Assembly (NCBI RefSeq): GCF_006345805.1
Contig: NC_043009.1
Coordinates: forward strand, 60,822,001 to 60,886,000
Reading direction: 5' to 3'
DNA: 64,000 nucleotides
DNA from: Octopus sinensis
Taxonomy: Eukaryota
The notes under the pieces were generated by a model. It was not told the origin of the DNA and made no database searches. It worked only from the letters and a program-made list of their open reading frames with translations. Below are positions 12,660-26,180 of the stretch, in pieces; the stretch's first letter is position 1, and each line of letters begins with the position of its first letter. A program made the translations under genes and the position numbers.

Positions 12660-13030
12660 ACTCTGAATAAGCATGGTTTGTGAAAAAGCTCGCTGGCAAC
12701 CATGTGGTTTCAGGTTCAGTCCCACTTTATAGAACCTTCTCCTACTATAGCCTCAGACCAACCAGTGACTTGAAGAGTGAAACTGATAAATGGAAACTGT
12801 ATGGAACCCCATCAGTGTCATGTGTGTGTGTTTCTTTATGTTTGTGCTTGTAACTCACCCCTGCTTGACAACTGGTGTCAGCTTCTTTACATTCCCTCGA
12901 CTTAGTGGTGTGGCAAAAGAGACTGAGAGAATAATAACCAAACTTAAAATAAGTCCTGGGATTCATTTGTTTGACTAAACCCTTCAAAATAGTGTCTCAA
13001 TATGGTTGCAGTTGAATGAATGAAACAAAG
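12660..13030 (+). mobile_element. SINE-B, diverged
   Basis: ggttcagtcccact...ttgacaactgg...gtggcaaaagagactga...aacccttcaa tail. Confidence 0.75.
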
Positions 13031-13194
13031 ATACAAAAAAAAAAAAAGAGAGAGAGATGTGAACCCCGTAAGCCACAATACAGTCAACCTGTCTAAAAGA
13101 GTAGTAAGCCTGAATAAAAACAGACACAGTGTAGAGAATATGCTTTAGTCTTGACAGACCACTGTAGTGTGGAAGCATAAAATGCTCATACTCA

Positions 13195-13695
13195 TCATCA
13201 TCATCATCGTTTACCGTCTGCTTTCCATGCTAGCATGGGTTGGACGATTTTGACTGAGGACTGGTGAACCAGATGGCTGCACCAGGCTCCAATCTACAGC
13301 TGGATGCCCTTCCTAATGCCAACCACTCCGAGAGTGTAGTGGGTGCTTTTTACGTGTCACAGGCATGGAGGCCAGTCAGGCGACGCTGGTAACGATCACA
13401 CTCGAATGGTGCCCTTTTATGTGCCATTGGCATGGAAGCCAGTTAGCCGCTCTGTCAACAATCACGCTCATGTGGTGCTCTTTGCACCTCGCTGGTACGG
13501 ATGCCAGTCATCAAATGAGATTTTGATTTCACTTGCACCAACAGGTCTTCGCAAGCAGAGTTTAGTGTCCAAGGAAGGAAAAGGTACGCATAAGCGGGCT
13601 GGTTACGCTCCTGGCATGGGCCACAGATTATTGTCTCATTTGGCTTGCCGGGTCTTCGCAAGGTCATTGGTGACAGGAAGAGCATCCAGCCATTA
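13195..13695 (-). mobile_element. SINE-E, long (near full-length) copy
   Basis: SINE-E tail plus internal units, and an upstream block (ctttgcacctcgctgg...cttcgcaagcagagtttagtgtcc) also present at ~61790-61990. Confidence 0.8.
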
Positions 13696-14659
13696 AAATC
13701 ATACCAAAATCATACAGTTCTAAATAGATGAGAAACCTTAATTACATATACAGGACTAAACTTACCATGTTAGAGTCATGCATGGTAGTGGAGTTATCAA
13801 GTAGGAACATCCAGGTGGGAGAATCCTTAGACTGCCATCAAACAATTGCAATTAACTCTCTTCTTTTTAGAAGCAAAAAGGCAATTTAAAACAATCCAAC
13901 ACTAGCAGAAATTCCCACTTCATATCAGATACAGAATTTCAGACAAGTCACCATCAACAATGGCATGATGGAAAATAGATGTGAAGAGATTATAAAGATA
14001 CTAGAGTAGAGGTGAGTAGATGTATGTTGTTTACAAGAAATAAGATGGAGGGGATCCGAATGCACATTCCAAACAGGTAAAGAATACAGGTACAAGTTCT
14101 TCAGGGAGGGTAACAGAATTTGGCAGAATAAGCATAGTGTTGCAAGTGAAAAGGATAAATTAACTGAAGTTGACAACAGGGACACAATAATTAAGTTGAA
14201 ACTGATCATGAGCAACACATCAAAAACAAATATCTTAGTATATACACACCACAATTAGAATGACAGATAAGCAAAAGGACCATTTCTATCAAAGCCTTCT
14301 GTAAACTACCAAGGTAAAGATAGCAACTTCACGGTCATAACTAATGAGTTTATTGGATATACTAAGAGATACCATGCTCATTGCCATGACATACAACAAG
14401 GCTTGTGAATACAATATAAGGAGGGCTCAATACTTTTGGAGGTCTTTGATGCAAATGATGTAACATTTGCATCAAAGACGATTAAGAGATCAAACCAACA
14501 GAAACAAAGTAATGATATAAATATTCTAAAAACGATTTAATCTCTAAAAATAGGGTTAACAGTCAGAAAACGATTATAATCGATTAATGGAGTGGTTAGG
14601 ACTCATGCAATGAAGTAATATAGGTTCCAGTCATTCACAGGGTTAACATGTACAGAAGC

Positions 14660-14985
14660 AGGAAGGCGCATGGCCTATTGATTAGGATATTTGGCTCAAG
14701 ATCTTAAGGCCATGAGTTCAATTCCTAGTGGTGCGCTGCGTCTTTCAGCAAGATACTTTATTTCAATTTGCTCCAGGCCACCCAGCGAGCAAAAATGAAT
14801 AGTACCTGCATTTCAAAGGGTCGACCGCGTCACATTCGGTGTCACGCTGAATTCTCCCCCAGATCTGCGTTAAGGGTACGCGTGTCTACGGAGTGCTCAG
14901 ACACTTGGGCGTTAGTTTCACGAGCTGGCTGATCCGTTGATCGAACCAGCTGAGACACACGTCTTCATAACTGACGGAGTGCCGG
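14660..14985 (+). mobile_element. SINE-C-related copy
   Basis: tRNA-like head, then gtcacgctgaattctccc...gtgctcagacacttgggcgttagtttcacgagc as in 45268-45651. Confidence 0.7.
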
Positions 14986-15277
14986 CATTTTGTTTTGTTC
15001 TTTTTGTAGCAGTGGATAGGTGGTTAGTACATATAAAGGTTTAAATCTGCAATTACATATTCAACAATGACAATGAAGATATAGCTTCACCAAATAACTA
15101 ATATTAATAACCCTGTAAGGTGATCAGTCATACACTCTTTTTCTTATTACATTCTACTGAATTATATCATTATATCTTTATGAGCTTACGGACATGAAGG
15201 AGAAACGTATTTCATCAACGACGGTTAAGTTACCTCCCTTGAAAATATCTAAATTACTTCCCTTGAACGTAATTAAA

Positions 15278-15634
15278 TCTCTTTATATATAAAGCTGAAG
15301 TTGTCTATGTGTGGCAGGTTTGGTAGCCTTCAACTAACACTATCTCCTCCGAGACCCTGCGGCGCAAGTTGACCAAAATTGAGAGTATGATCTTCCTTCC
15401 GTAAAAGAAGAAAACTCGAATCGGACCATGTTAAGACCAAAAATTATTGGTGCCTTTTTTCTATGAAAATCCCTATTTTTTACGATTTTTTGACTGCTGT
15501 TTCGCCATTTTTCGGTGTATTTCAACCAGAAAAATGTTCACTTAAAGAGAATAACAAGCTACATAATACAAAATTTTTACTTTTCAAAAATTCCAATTGT
15601 AAACGGTCGAAACAAACCCGGGCGATACTGCTAG
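15278..15634 (+). mobile_element. Non-autonomous Helitron-like element
   Basis: Starts A|TC (tctctttatatataaagctgaagttgtc) and ends CTAG|T (cccgggcgatactgctagt), matching Helitron termini and A/T insertion site. The subterminal hairpin is weak. Confidence 0.55.
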
Positions 15635-15934
15635 TTTATATATATTGGTGCCTGGACTGCAAACATAAAACTAGAAATATATAATAAACACACACAGGCA
15701 ATTATCTAAGAACTGCCAACAATGGAACAAAGCCACAAACGTTTGTGAAGGAGTGTAATTGACTGAATCTACTAAGTACTTCACTGATATTTATTTTATC
15801 AATCTTACACTGATGAAAGACAAAGCAGGTCCAGCAAGATTTGAACTCAAAACGAAGAGATAAAACTAAGTTCACTAAAGCATTAAAGTATTTACATGGC
15901 TGATCTAACGTTCAGCCCTATAATAATAATAATA

Positions 15935-16165
15935 ATAATAATAATCCTTTCTACTAAAGGCACAAGGCCTGAAATTTGAGGGAGAAGGGGACGAGTCGGT
16001 AACATCGACCCCAGTGCTTCACTTGTACTTATTTTATCGACTCCGAGTGGATGAAAAGCAAAGTCGACCCCCAGCATAATTTGAACTCAGAACGTAAGGA
16101 TGGACGAAATGCCGCTAAGCATTTTGCCCGGCGCACTAACGATTCTGCCAGCTCGCCGTCTTAAC
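15935..16165 (-). mobile_element. SINE-A monomer with the standard tail
   Basis: Core motif plus ctttctactaaaggcacaaggcctgaaattt tail and (aat)n. Confidence 0.85.
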
Positions 16166-16219
16166 AACAACAATAATAATAATTCCAAATTTTGACACAA
16201 GGGCAGCCATTGGGGGGAG

Positions 16220-16680
16220 GGGATGAGTTAGTTAGTTAGTTAATTTAGTTAGTTAATTTCTTGGCTCAAAAAGCAAAAAGCAAGGCCATGTAGGGGGACA
16301 TGGAGTTATGTACAGGGAGGGTGTTCATGTTAGGAGTTCAGGCCACTTGTGGTCAAGGGAGACTTTGAACCGAGCGGTCGTCGGCATCTTCACCATCTTG
16401 TCCGGCAGCTTATTCCACGGATCCGCAACCCGGACGGAGAAAGCCCCTCTCCTTCGATTGAGATGAAATCGTCGCAGATAGAGCTTTTCGGAATGACCCC
16501 ACAGCTGACGCTCTGGAGCAGGAGTGAAGAACAGCTCTTTCGAGAGGTTACACTTTCCGCTTATGATGTTGTGAGCAAGAATGAGATCACCACGGCAGCG
16601 GCATTTTTCTAGAGAATGAAGGTTGAGCGTCTTCAGCCTTTCTTCATAAGACAAATTCTTGAGACCAGTTGGTTTCACTG
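16220..16680 (-). mobile_element. CR1-group LINE 3' end with (AACT)n tail
   Basis: ORF 16325-16678: LSYEERLKTLNLHSLE..RGDLI..FSVRVADPWNKLP..FKVSLD, a typical CR1 ORF2 C-terminus; ttag repeats follow. Confidence 0.85.
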
Positions 16681-17227
16681 GTAATTATTTTATCGAACCC
16701 ACTCTAGCAAAGAGTTATTATTGTTGGAGACATGTCCAAGTGTAGGAGGTTAGTCTGGGGTTTTTTGAAGAAGTTCGTCCATTGAACATTTGAATTTTAT
16801 GACAGCACAGAGTCAAGACTATTGTAAAGTTTGCAAGACGCAACAACAATTTTAGGAAAATAAAAATAAGAAATAAGTGGAAATTTTACCGGTGAGTGTG
16901 TTACATTATAAGGCACAAAAAAAAAAATGACTCTACACACAAACTCATATAAAGAATCTTGCAAACCAAATCCAAAATATATATATATACAGACAGCGTG
17001 TAAGTCTTCTATTGCCAAATAAATATTTATAAGATGGTATAAGACTACAAAAGAATATATTAGACTTTACAAGACTTTAAAAAACTTCATAAGAGGTGTT
17101 GAAAATGTCATCCTTCATTTGCAATACATAAGGTGACTCTTCTACACATGTTTTGAAATACATCTCGGAGAGTCAGGATGAAAAAAATTGACTGTGGAGA
17201 GACTTTTTGAACACCCTGTGTGTGTGT

Positions 17228-17510
17228 ATCATCATCGTCGTCGTTTAGCGTCCGTTTTCCATGCTAGCATGGGTTGGACGGTTCTACTGGGGTCTGTGAA
17301 GCCAGAAGGCTTCATCAGGCCCAGTCAAATCTGGCAGTGTTTCTACGGTTGGATGCCCTTCCTAACGCCAACCACTCCGTGAGTGTAGTGGGTGCTTTTT
17401 ACGTGCCACCCGCACAGGTGCCAGACGGAGCTGGCAAACAGCCACGAATGGATGGTGCTTTTTATGTGCCACCGGCACGAGGGCCAGGCGAGGCTGGCAA
17501 CGGACACGAA
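17228..17510 (-). mobile_element. SINE-E, very similar to the copy at 8128-8455
   Basis: Near-identical translation in the ORF track (MDGSTGVCEARRLHQAQSN...). Confidence 0.85.
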
Positions 17511-17587
17511 TACATATATATATATATAGAGAGAGAGAGAGATAGAGAAAGAGAGATATGTGTATGTATGTAAATATATATATATAT

Positions 17588-17845
17588 TATAGCCTCAGGC
17601 TGACCAAACTCTTGTGAGTGGGTTTCTTACACGGAAACTGAAAGAAGACTGGTGTGTGTGTGTGTGTTTGTACCACCATTGCTTGACAACCGATGTTGCT
17701 GTGTTTATATTCCCATAACTTAGTGGTTTTGTAAAAAAACACTGATAGAATAAGTACTAGGCTTACAAAGAATAAATCGATTTGTTCGACCAGCGGCAGT
17801 GCTCCAGCATGGCCACAGCCACATGACTGAAACAAGTAAAACACT
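17588..17845 (+). mobile_element. SINE-B, 3' part
   Basis: ggaaactgaaagaagac...gctccagcatggccacagcc...tgactgaaacaagtaaaa. Confidence 0.8.
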
Positions 17846-18164
17846 AAAAAAACTAAGGCATTTTAATCCTGAGCAAGGCAGTGTGTCTCTGCTAGTACAT
17901 ATACATATATATATATACATATACACACACATTTGTCCAACCCATGCCAGCATGGAAAGCGGATGATGATGATGATACACACACACACAAGCTTCCACAG
18001 AGTTTCTGCCTATCAGATTCACTTTGAAGGCACTTGCTTACAAAGGTTGGCCAGAAGCTACAAAAGAAGGGCTCACAGTGCCATGCAGTGGGACTGAACT
18101 TGAAGCCATACAGTCACAAAGCAAGCTTCATAACCACATAGCCAAGCCTGTCTATATGGAAGCA

Positions 18165-18542
18165 CTCCATCGGTTACGACGACGAGGGTTCCGGTTGATC
18201 CGAATCAACGGAACAGCCTGCTCGTGAAATTAATGTGTAAGTGGCTGAGCACTCCACAGACACGTGTACCCTTAACGTAGTTCTCGGGGATATTCAGCGT
18301 GACATAGAGAGTGGCAAGGCCGGCCCTTTGAAATACAGGTACAACAGAAACAGGAAGTAAGAGTGAGAGGAAGTTGTGGTGAAAGAGTACAGCAGGGATT
18401 ACCACCATCCCCTGCCGGAGCCTCGTGGAGCTTTAGGTGTTTTCGCTCAATAAACACTCACAACGCCCGGTCTGGGAATCGAAACCGCGATCCTATGACC
18501 GCGAGTCCGCTGCCCTAACCACCGGGCCATTGCGCCTCCACA
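18165..18542 (-). mobile_element. SINE-C, full length
   Basis: Near-identical reverse complement of 45268-45651. Confidence 0.85.
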
Positions 18543-18995
18543 CCTGTCTATATACAGATTGTGGAACTACAAAAAGTATTTTTTCCAAATTCCCAACAAC
18601 TTACGCAGAAGAATGCAATTATTAAGACAATAAGTAAAAGACAGTATGTACAGAAATGCACATACTGACATATATGTACACGTGTGCGTAGAAGGGGATG
18701 GAGGGGGGAAGAGATGAAGTGAAAAATGCATTTGGAACCTTTAAGAACCGGTTTCACAATTTCATGATTTTCAAAAATAGTTTGACATAGGTTTTTGACA
18801 TTGTTGCTGTGGCTGGGTGCCCATGAATTTATATGAACATAGAAAGCATAATGAACCGAAAGTTTAAGAAAAACCTAAATAAAAACTAGCGGCAAGGATG
18901 GAAGACGTGAAACAAATGCTACAAATGTAAAAGCATTAAAACAGGCAGTAAGGACCGGGCAGTGGGGGGATCTACATTTGAGTGTCTCAGCAGGC

Positions 18996-19036
<41 letters not shown>

Positions 19037-20123
19037 TTAACAATTAAGGATAAAATCTTAATAAGAAATCTTAACAAGAAATTATCAGGTAGTTAGCGTG
19101 AAAAACCTCATAAGAGAAAAAAAATCTGAAAATTTTTTCACTTGAAAATATTTATTTATATTATATAGAGGGCATTATTATACATAAATGCCACACGCTA
19201 AGAGGGACTTTCAAAGTCATTACTACCAAAAATAAACGAATCGTACCGAAATACAGCTCTCGAAGCAAGACATTTAGAAACAGAATTTAGTTCCAGATCA
19301 CCTGTGATTTCGCAATTAACGTATTATCTACGTCTTTTGTTCATCAGTGAAACATATATATATAATACAAATAAGAAAATGGAGAATTATGAAGAAATAA
19401 AGGAACTTACTAGGAATACTTATAAATCAAGAAAGGATCTTATATCTATTGAATTATGTAATATTTTTGTATGCTTTTCAAGTTTGCATTTGTAAAATGA
19501 ATAAATAATCCAACAATATAATATCCATAAGTTGATGAACAAACTAAATTTGTTTCTCCATTTTCTTATTTGTATTATAAATTTACGGTAAAAATATCTC
19601 TTTACCTTCACCCGTTTAATACAATAAATGACTTAATTGCATGGTAATTAAAAACATTTATGTATTAAGAATCTGGGTACTTTAAATGATATCCCATAGT
19701 GGATTACACCCATAACCCCTATCTTACTTTGTACTATATATAAATATACATGCATATACGGGTACAGGATATCGAGTGAGAAACAAACTTTTTTTTCAAA
19801 CAACAAAAAAACAGAACACAAGGAACATCCCCCTTCTTCAGTTGTCCCTGTTTCGTCTACTCCGTGTTTCGAAGGTAAGGACAACACGCGACTTCGTTGA
19901 AACAGTCCTTCCCGCAAAGCAAATTAAATAAAATTTGGGATTTTTTGCGGAGGGGCAAAAGTGGTAACAAGAACAGGACAGTAAAAACAAAACAAGTAAA
20001 AACAGTAAAAGACAGGACAAAGAGAATAACATGGTAAAAACAAACGATGAGGGCTGTTAAGCCAAGACGATGGAAAAATTATTTTGAACGCGTTAAGGAG
20101 ACAGCTTATGAGAGGGACAGAAT

Positions 20124-20190
20124 AAGCCATCTTGACTCGGTGAAGATAGCAGTTGGAAAGATGGCTTCCCTCTGGTCACGTGTCAGTGAC
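20124..20190. promoter_or_regulatory. Promoter-like module: inverted YY1-type pair plus E-box
   Basis: aagccatctt (20124-20133) and aagatggctt (20158-20167) form a perfect 10-bp inverted repeat of the YY1 core AAGATGGC; CACGTG at 20177-20182; the neighbourhood (~19200-20450) is CpG-richer and free of SINEs. Confidence 0.5.
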
Positions 20191-20707
20191 GAGAGAGTCG
20201 AGGAGGAGGAGTAAGAGAGAGGGAACAGTGAAGGGTGGGAGAGAAAACCAGAAAGGATGAAGAACAAGAGAGGGAGGGAGATAGACAGAGGAGAAATAGT
20301 AAAAGTTGAAGAGTGGCATAATTATTAAGATATATATATATATATATATATAGCGGAAGAATTCACAAAAAAAAACAAAAGATGAAGACAGAAGGTGTAT
20401 ATATATATATAATATATATACACACACACACGCAAGCATTATATTAGTGGTATATAATTTTCCATGATACACCCAATATTCATTAACTCAATAAAACATG
20501 TTAGGAAATAGCATTCATAACGAATATAAAGTGAGGGAGGGGAGTTAATTCTTCGTTAGTCTTAATTTCAGAACTGGTAACATAGCACTCCTTAGGGACT
20601 GGGAAGAAATATTCGCTACACACATCATACATACAAAACTACATGTATATGCACACATACCTACACATCTGTATAAGCATACAACTATATACTCTGAGTC
20701 TACTTAC

Positions 20708-20794
20708 ATGCCTCCTTTTATCGAAAGTTTCATAGTAGAGTTTATGAAATTCTTCACCAGCAGTGCAAGCTTGGTCAATTTTGGTTTTCAGTTC
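20708..20794 (-). CDS. NXT2: NTF2-related export protein (NXT1/NXT2 family), coding exon 2
   Basis: tttacag|GAA CTG AAA...AGG AGG CAT|gtaagt; 87 nt, phase 0-0. Encodes [29 protein letters not shown], which resembles the NXT N-terminus ([28 protein letters not shown], recalled). Confidence 0.88.
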
Positions 20795-20994
20795 CTGTAA
20801 AGTTAAAACAAAACTTTAGAAATGTTTAATTTTCACATAAAACATATGACAACTTTCCCATCATATTGTTACTGATATTTTCTACACTCCAAAATTGTTT
20901 TGAAAATAATCAAGAATTGAAAGACGTATCATGAAATCGCTGGCTGTTGGAATTATATGGTCTAACATAAAATTAGGTATGAACCTAATAGATG

Positions 20995-21200
20995 CAGGTG
21001 GGTACACGTGGCTAAAGTGTTGGACTCACAACTGTCAGATTGTGGTTTCAATTCCAGGACCAGGTTATGTGTTGTGTTCTTGAACAAAACACTTTATTTC
21101 AAGTTGCTCCAGTTCACTCAGCTGGTAAAAATGAGTATTCCTACAACCGAATGGCATCCCGTCCTGGGAGGAATACATACACCAAAGAAACCGGAAAACC
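20995..21200 (+). mobile_element. SINE-D, diverged
   Basis: gtggctaaagtgttggactc...tgtgttcttgaacaaaacactttatttcaagttgctccagttcactcagctgg, as in 62560-62890. Confidence 0.65.
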
Positions 21201-21464
21201 AGCTACATGCTTCTCAGAGTAATGTACATTAACGTAACAGGTGCAGGGGTGGTTGCATGTCTGAGAAGCTTGCTTCCCAACTGTGTGGCACATTCAGCGA
21301 GTGTCGCCTACACTAGCCGCAGGCTGACTAGAGACCTGTGAATGGGTACAGTACATGGAAAATGAAAGAAGGTTGGTTGATTTGTAGGTATGTATGTGTG
21401 AATGTGCATGTATATGTGTCTGTGTGTACACTACCATATGGCATTACATTATTAGACAAACCAC

Positions 21465-21822
21465 ATAGCTTAGTGGTTAGGGTAGAGTTTCTCAACCAGA
21501 TACCCCTGCCGGTGACATGTAAAAAGCACCATCCGAATGTGGAAGATGCCAGTGCTGCCTGACTGGCGTCCGTGTCGGTGACACGTAAAAGCACCAACCG
21601 ATCATAGCCGTTTGCCAGCCTGGTCTGGCCCCTGTGCCGGTGGCACGTAAAAAGCACTCACTACACTCACGGAGTGGTTGGCGTTAGGAAGGGCATCCAG
21701 CTGTAGAAACACTGCCAGATCAGACTGGAGCCTGATGCAGCCTCCTGGCTTCTCAGATCCCCGGTCGAACCATCCAACCTATGCTAGCATGGAAAACAGA
21801 CATTAAACGATGATGATGATGA
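21465..21822 (+). mobile_element. SINE-E with tRNA-like head
   Basis: agcttagtggttagggtagagtt head, internal units, tail and (gat)n. Confidence 0.8.
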
Positions 21823-21899
21823 ACTTAGTCACTATTAAAATGGTGTTTGAAACATAAATTAACGTAAAATTTTAATGGAACACTTTAATTTAGATCACT

Positions 21900-22350
21900 T
21901 TAACCCTTTAGCATTCACATTATTCTGTAAAGTGTAATGTTCATTTATCCACATTGTTTTGAATTAATCATGCATTATCTTGTAGCTTTGAGATTTTGAT
22001 GAGGTAGCTGTTAATTTTTGAAATGATATTGTAGGGTTGGTGTGAGAGACCAGACCAACCAATTTGAACCTAAAACAGGTAAAATATTTTGGCCAGATAT
22101 GGCCAGTTTAACCCTTTCGTTACCAACCTGGTTGAAACCGGCTCTGGCTCTGAGTACAAATGTCTTGTTTTCATAAGTTTTGAATTAAAATCTTTCACCA
22201 AACCTAAGTCACAATTAATGTTCCTAACACTAGATTAATGATAACGAAGTTATTTTGCTAAATTCTTTATTATATTTAAAGTAATTAAAAGAAACAAAGA
22301 ACAGCTCAAAATAAATACAGTAACAAAAGGGTTAAATGCTAAATGGTTAA
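21900..22350. mobile_element. MITE family 1 (22108-22334) nested at a TTAA inside MITE family 2
   Basis: ...tatggccagt-ttaaccctttcgttacc...gtaacaaaagggttaa-atgctaaatggttaa. Confidence 0.75.
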
Positions 22351-25300
22351 ACAGGAAGCCTGTGTGTTAGAACCAGTGGCAGGTTGACATAGAAAGGGTT
22401 AAACATACTTCTCATAAAGTCAGCCACTTGTACAAAGAGAGAACCTGTTCCTTAGTCAATTGGTAAGTTTATGATATGGAATTAGTCAATGAAACATTTA
22501 GAAGCAAATCAAATATGACAGACCATTCTTCAGTTTGACTGGAGATGGAAACTGTTACCTGTAAAGGTAACAGATTTCAGTATCCATTTCACAGCCTTGC
22601 TTCTATATACTCACTAAAACCACCTTCAACACTACTAATTAAGTCATAAGCTTTCTCTAACTTGCTGCAAGCTATTCGAGCAACAGCTCACGGCTGTAAA
22701 TCTATTTAATCTTATTAGTCAACTTCTTTTTAATTAGGAGACAGAGAGACTTGATAGTATCAAAGTAATGGAGTGAATAACATCAGCCGCTGCTTCAACA
22801 GAACTCACACTATTACTAAACACTATTATTAACTACCTAATGTCACTACAGTTATGTCTTCAAAGGAAGGAAATTGCTGCTGCTCAGGGTCAGAGGCTAA
22901 GAGTAAATTATCAAAAACTATTTGATTCTCTTCTTTTTCCTTTAGTGTTTTATATTCTTTTATTTATTTATTTTTTTGTCAAATTCAGACACCAGCATAT
23001 TGTTGAAACATCTGAGTTTCTTTTTTGTTTTTTTTCCGACTGGATGAAGAACCTGTTTGACAGCCAGACACACTGAAGCAATCAATGTTACATGCTTAGT
23101 CAAGGTATAAAATATGTAATACTGTTGTGGTAATATGGTTTGAATTTACAAGCATGCAGTCAGCAAATTTCGCATCAAATAACTATTTTCCTGGCAGGGT
23201 TCATGAGTCAGAAAGTACAGAGGAACAAGACATTGAGAGATAGCTCATTATTCTAATAATCATTTCCAGTGTTCATTTTGCCAGAGTACAACAAAATATA
23301 TTACAAGTTATTGACTCTATTCACTCTTCTCCCCTCTTGCTCTTATGTAACTAGTGTTTCAATTGACTAATATCAACACTTTTAAGATAATCGAATTGGC
23401 GTTACTGTGTGGTAAGAAGCTTGCTTCTCAACTACATGGTTTAGGGTTCAGTCCCAGTGTGTGTCACCTTGGACAAGTGTTTTCTACCATAGCCTTGGGC
23501 TGACCAAAGCCTTGTGAGTGGATTTGGTAGACAGAAACTGAAAGAAGCCCAGAGTATATATCATAATCATCATCGTTTAACGTCCGCTTTCAATGCTAGC
23601 ATGGGTTGGACGATTTGACTGAGGACTGGCGAACCAGATGGCTGCACCAGGCTCCAATCTGATCTGGCAGAGTTTCTACAGCTGGATGCCCTTCCTAACG
23701 CCAACCACTCCGAGTGTAGCATATATATATATATATATCATCATCATTGTCGTCAACCATTGTCCATGTTAGCATGGGTTGGAGAGTTGTACCAGACTCC
23801 AAGCATGGTCTCTTCAGCCGGATATCCTTCCTAATGCCAACCACTCCAAAAGTGTAATGAGTGGTATATGTGTGTGTGTTTGTCCCCAATTACCACTTGA
23901 CAACTGGTGTTGGTGTGTTTATGTCCCTATAACTCAGCAAAAGAGACCGATAAAGCAAGTACCAGGATTTACAAAAAAAATAAGAAGTGAAGTTGATTCA
24001 TTCGACTAAAATTCTTCAAAGCAGTGTCCCAGCATGGCTGTAGTCTAATGACTGAAACAAGTAAAAGATATATTTTATTAATCTCTGTAGAATGCAAAAA
24101 AGAAATACCGAACAAGTCGTGTGACCTGATTTCAATCCCAAACCAGAATGATTTCACTTTACTTACAACTGTGGTTTCGGCAAAAGCTGAAAATCAAAAC
24201 ATCCAAATTATTCATTCACTTCTAAACTAAGAGCTTAGGACTTCTTTGTTTTCTTAATTAATCTGAAAAAGAAAAGCTTCAGTGAAAGACCAGGCATGTT
24301 CTGTTAGCTGGATGCCATCATCATATTTATGTCCATTTTCCATGGGTGAGATGGAATTTGTTGAGGCAGATTTTCTATGACCAGATGCCCTTCCTGTCAC
24401 CAACACCCACCTGTTTCCAAGTAAGGTAATATTTTCCCCATGATCAGATATGTTTTTCACAAAAGATTGCAAAATCAAGGACACCATTTCCATGACAGCA
24501 AGACTTGTTTACAACCACCATGCAATATCAAAGCAAGTAGACAACACATACACACACACACAATGGGCTTCTTTCAGTTTCTTCTTGTCAAATCCACACA
24601 TAAGCCGGAGTTATAGTAGAAATCACTTGCCTAAGATGTCATACAGTGGGACTGAACCCAGAACCATATGGTTTGGAAGCAAATTTCAGTAGAGCATGGC
24701 CTATAGGTAGAGACAGGATATAGGTTCAGGATGGTTGTGTGGTTAAAAAGTTCACGTCACAGCCACGTGATTTCAGGTTCAATCCCACTGTGCAGCACCT
24801 TGGGCATATGTCTAGTACTAGCCTCAAGTTGACCAAAGCCTTGTGAGTAGATTTGCAAAATAGAAACCGAGTTTGTGTCTCCTTATCTTGACATCAGGTG
24901 ATAGTTGCAAACAAGCATCACTCTCATACAAACAGCATTGCTTGTATCAAATTGTTGATGAAAACATCTCTTAAATGACCTGATTTGAGAACAAGTGAGA
25001 GCTAATGACAAGAAGGTCTCCAGCTGTAGAAAATCTGCCTCGTGAATTTTGTCTGCTCATGCAAAAATGGAAAAGTGGACAGGATGATGGAAACAAGAAC
25101 AAAAGTTAATTGCAAAGAGAAAGACGACTGGGTAAAGTGTTCAATGTGTGTTCTGGAAGCTGAATGATGCAAGGAGGAAAGATGGATTCAGTTTCAACAG
25201 GAATGGTACACAAGCTAGTAGTTTAGAGAAGCAGAACTGTTGCAGTAACGACAGAAGAGACAATGTTTAACCCTCTGATCAAGGAGGTTCCAAACATGAC

Positions 25301-25784
25301 TATCCTATCTTAGTCTTAAGCATTAGAAAATTTCAAGTCTGGCAATGTTATATATCTGTGTGTGTGTGTGTGTGTGTGTGGTCACTATAAAAAATAATCA
25401 GAGCTTTTGAGAACTAGCACTAGAAATCAGCACAAGAAACGTTTTCAGTTCAAATTGAAATGATGGCTTTGTCTTTCTTGAGTCAGTATAATAACCCTCA
25501 GTTGTTGTTTAGGGCCAGGTCATTTCTGATTGAGCAGACCTATGCTCAAAGACATCCCTCTTAACCAGGACTACATTATCCTTTGTAATCCCTTTTCGAG
25601 TTTGTATGGTAAGATTTGGTAGCAATTACTAACAGGTTGAGTGACCATAATGCAATAATTACTTGTTGGCCTGAATACACAAAATATTAGTTATGTACAG
25701 AGGTGCTTGTTTGAGAACTGCAAAAATAATTCTATATCTATAAACATCTTGTCATTGAAGCTGGCAACAATTCGCTAAGTCAAT

Positions 25785-26180
25785 AGGCGCAGGAGTGGCT
25801 GTGTGGTAAGTAGCTTGCTAACCAACCACATGGTTCCGGGTTCAGTCCCACTGCGTGGCATCTTGGGCAAGTGTCTTCTGCTATAGCCTCGGGCCGACCA
25901 GTGCCTTGTGAGTGGATTTGGTAGACGGAAACTGAAAGAAGCCCGTCGTATATATGTGTGTGTGTATTTGTGTGTCTGTGTTTGTCCCCCTAGCATTGCC
26001 TGACAACCGATGCTGGTGTGTTTACGTCGCCGTCACTTAGCGGTTCGGCAAAAGAGACCGATAGAATAAGTACTGGGCTTACAAAGAATAAGTCCCGGGG
26101 TCGATTTGCTCGACTAAAAGCGGTGCTCCAGCATGGCCGCAGTCAAATGACTGAAACAAGTAAAAGAGTATAAAGAGAGA
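25785..26180 (+). mobile_element. SINE-B, well-preserved full-length copy
   Basis: ggcgcaggagtggctgtgtggtaag head, B-box-like ggttcagtccc, CORE-like tcttgggcaagtg, and tail gcggtgctccagcatggccgcagtcaaatgactgaaacaagtaaaagag. Confidence 0.9.
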
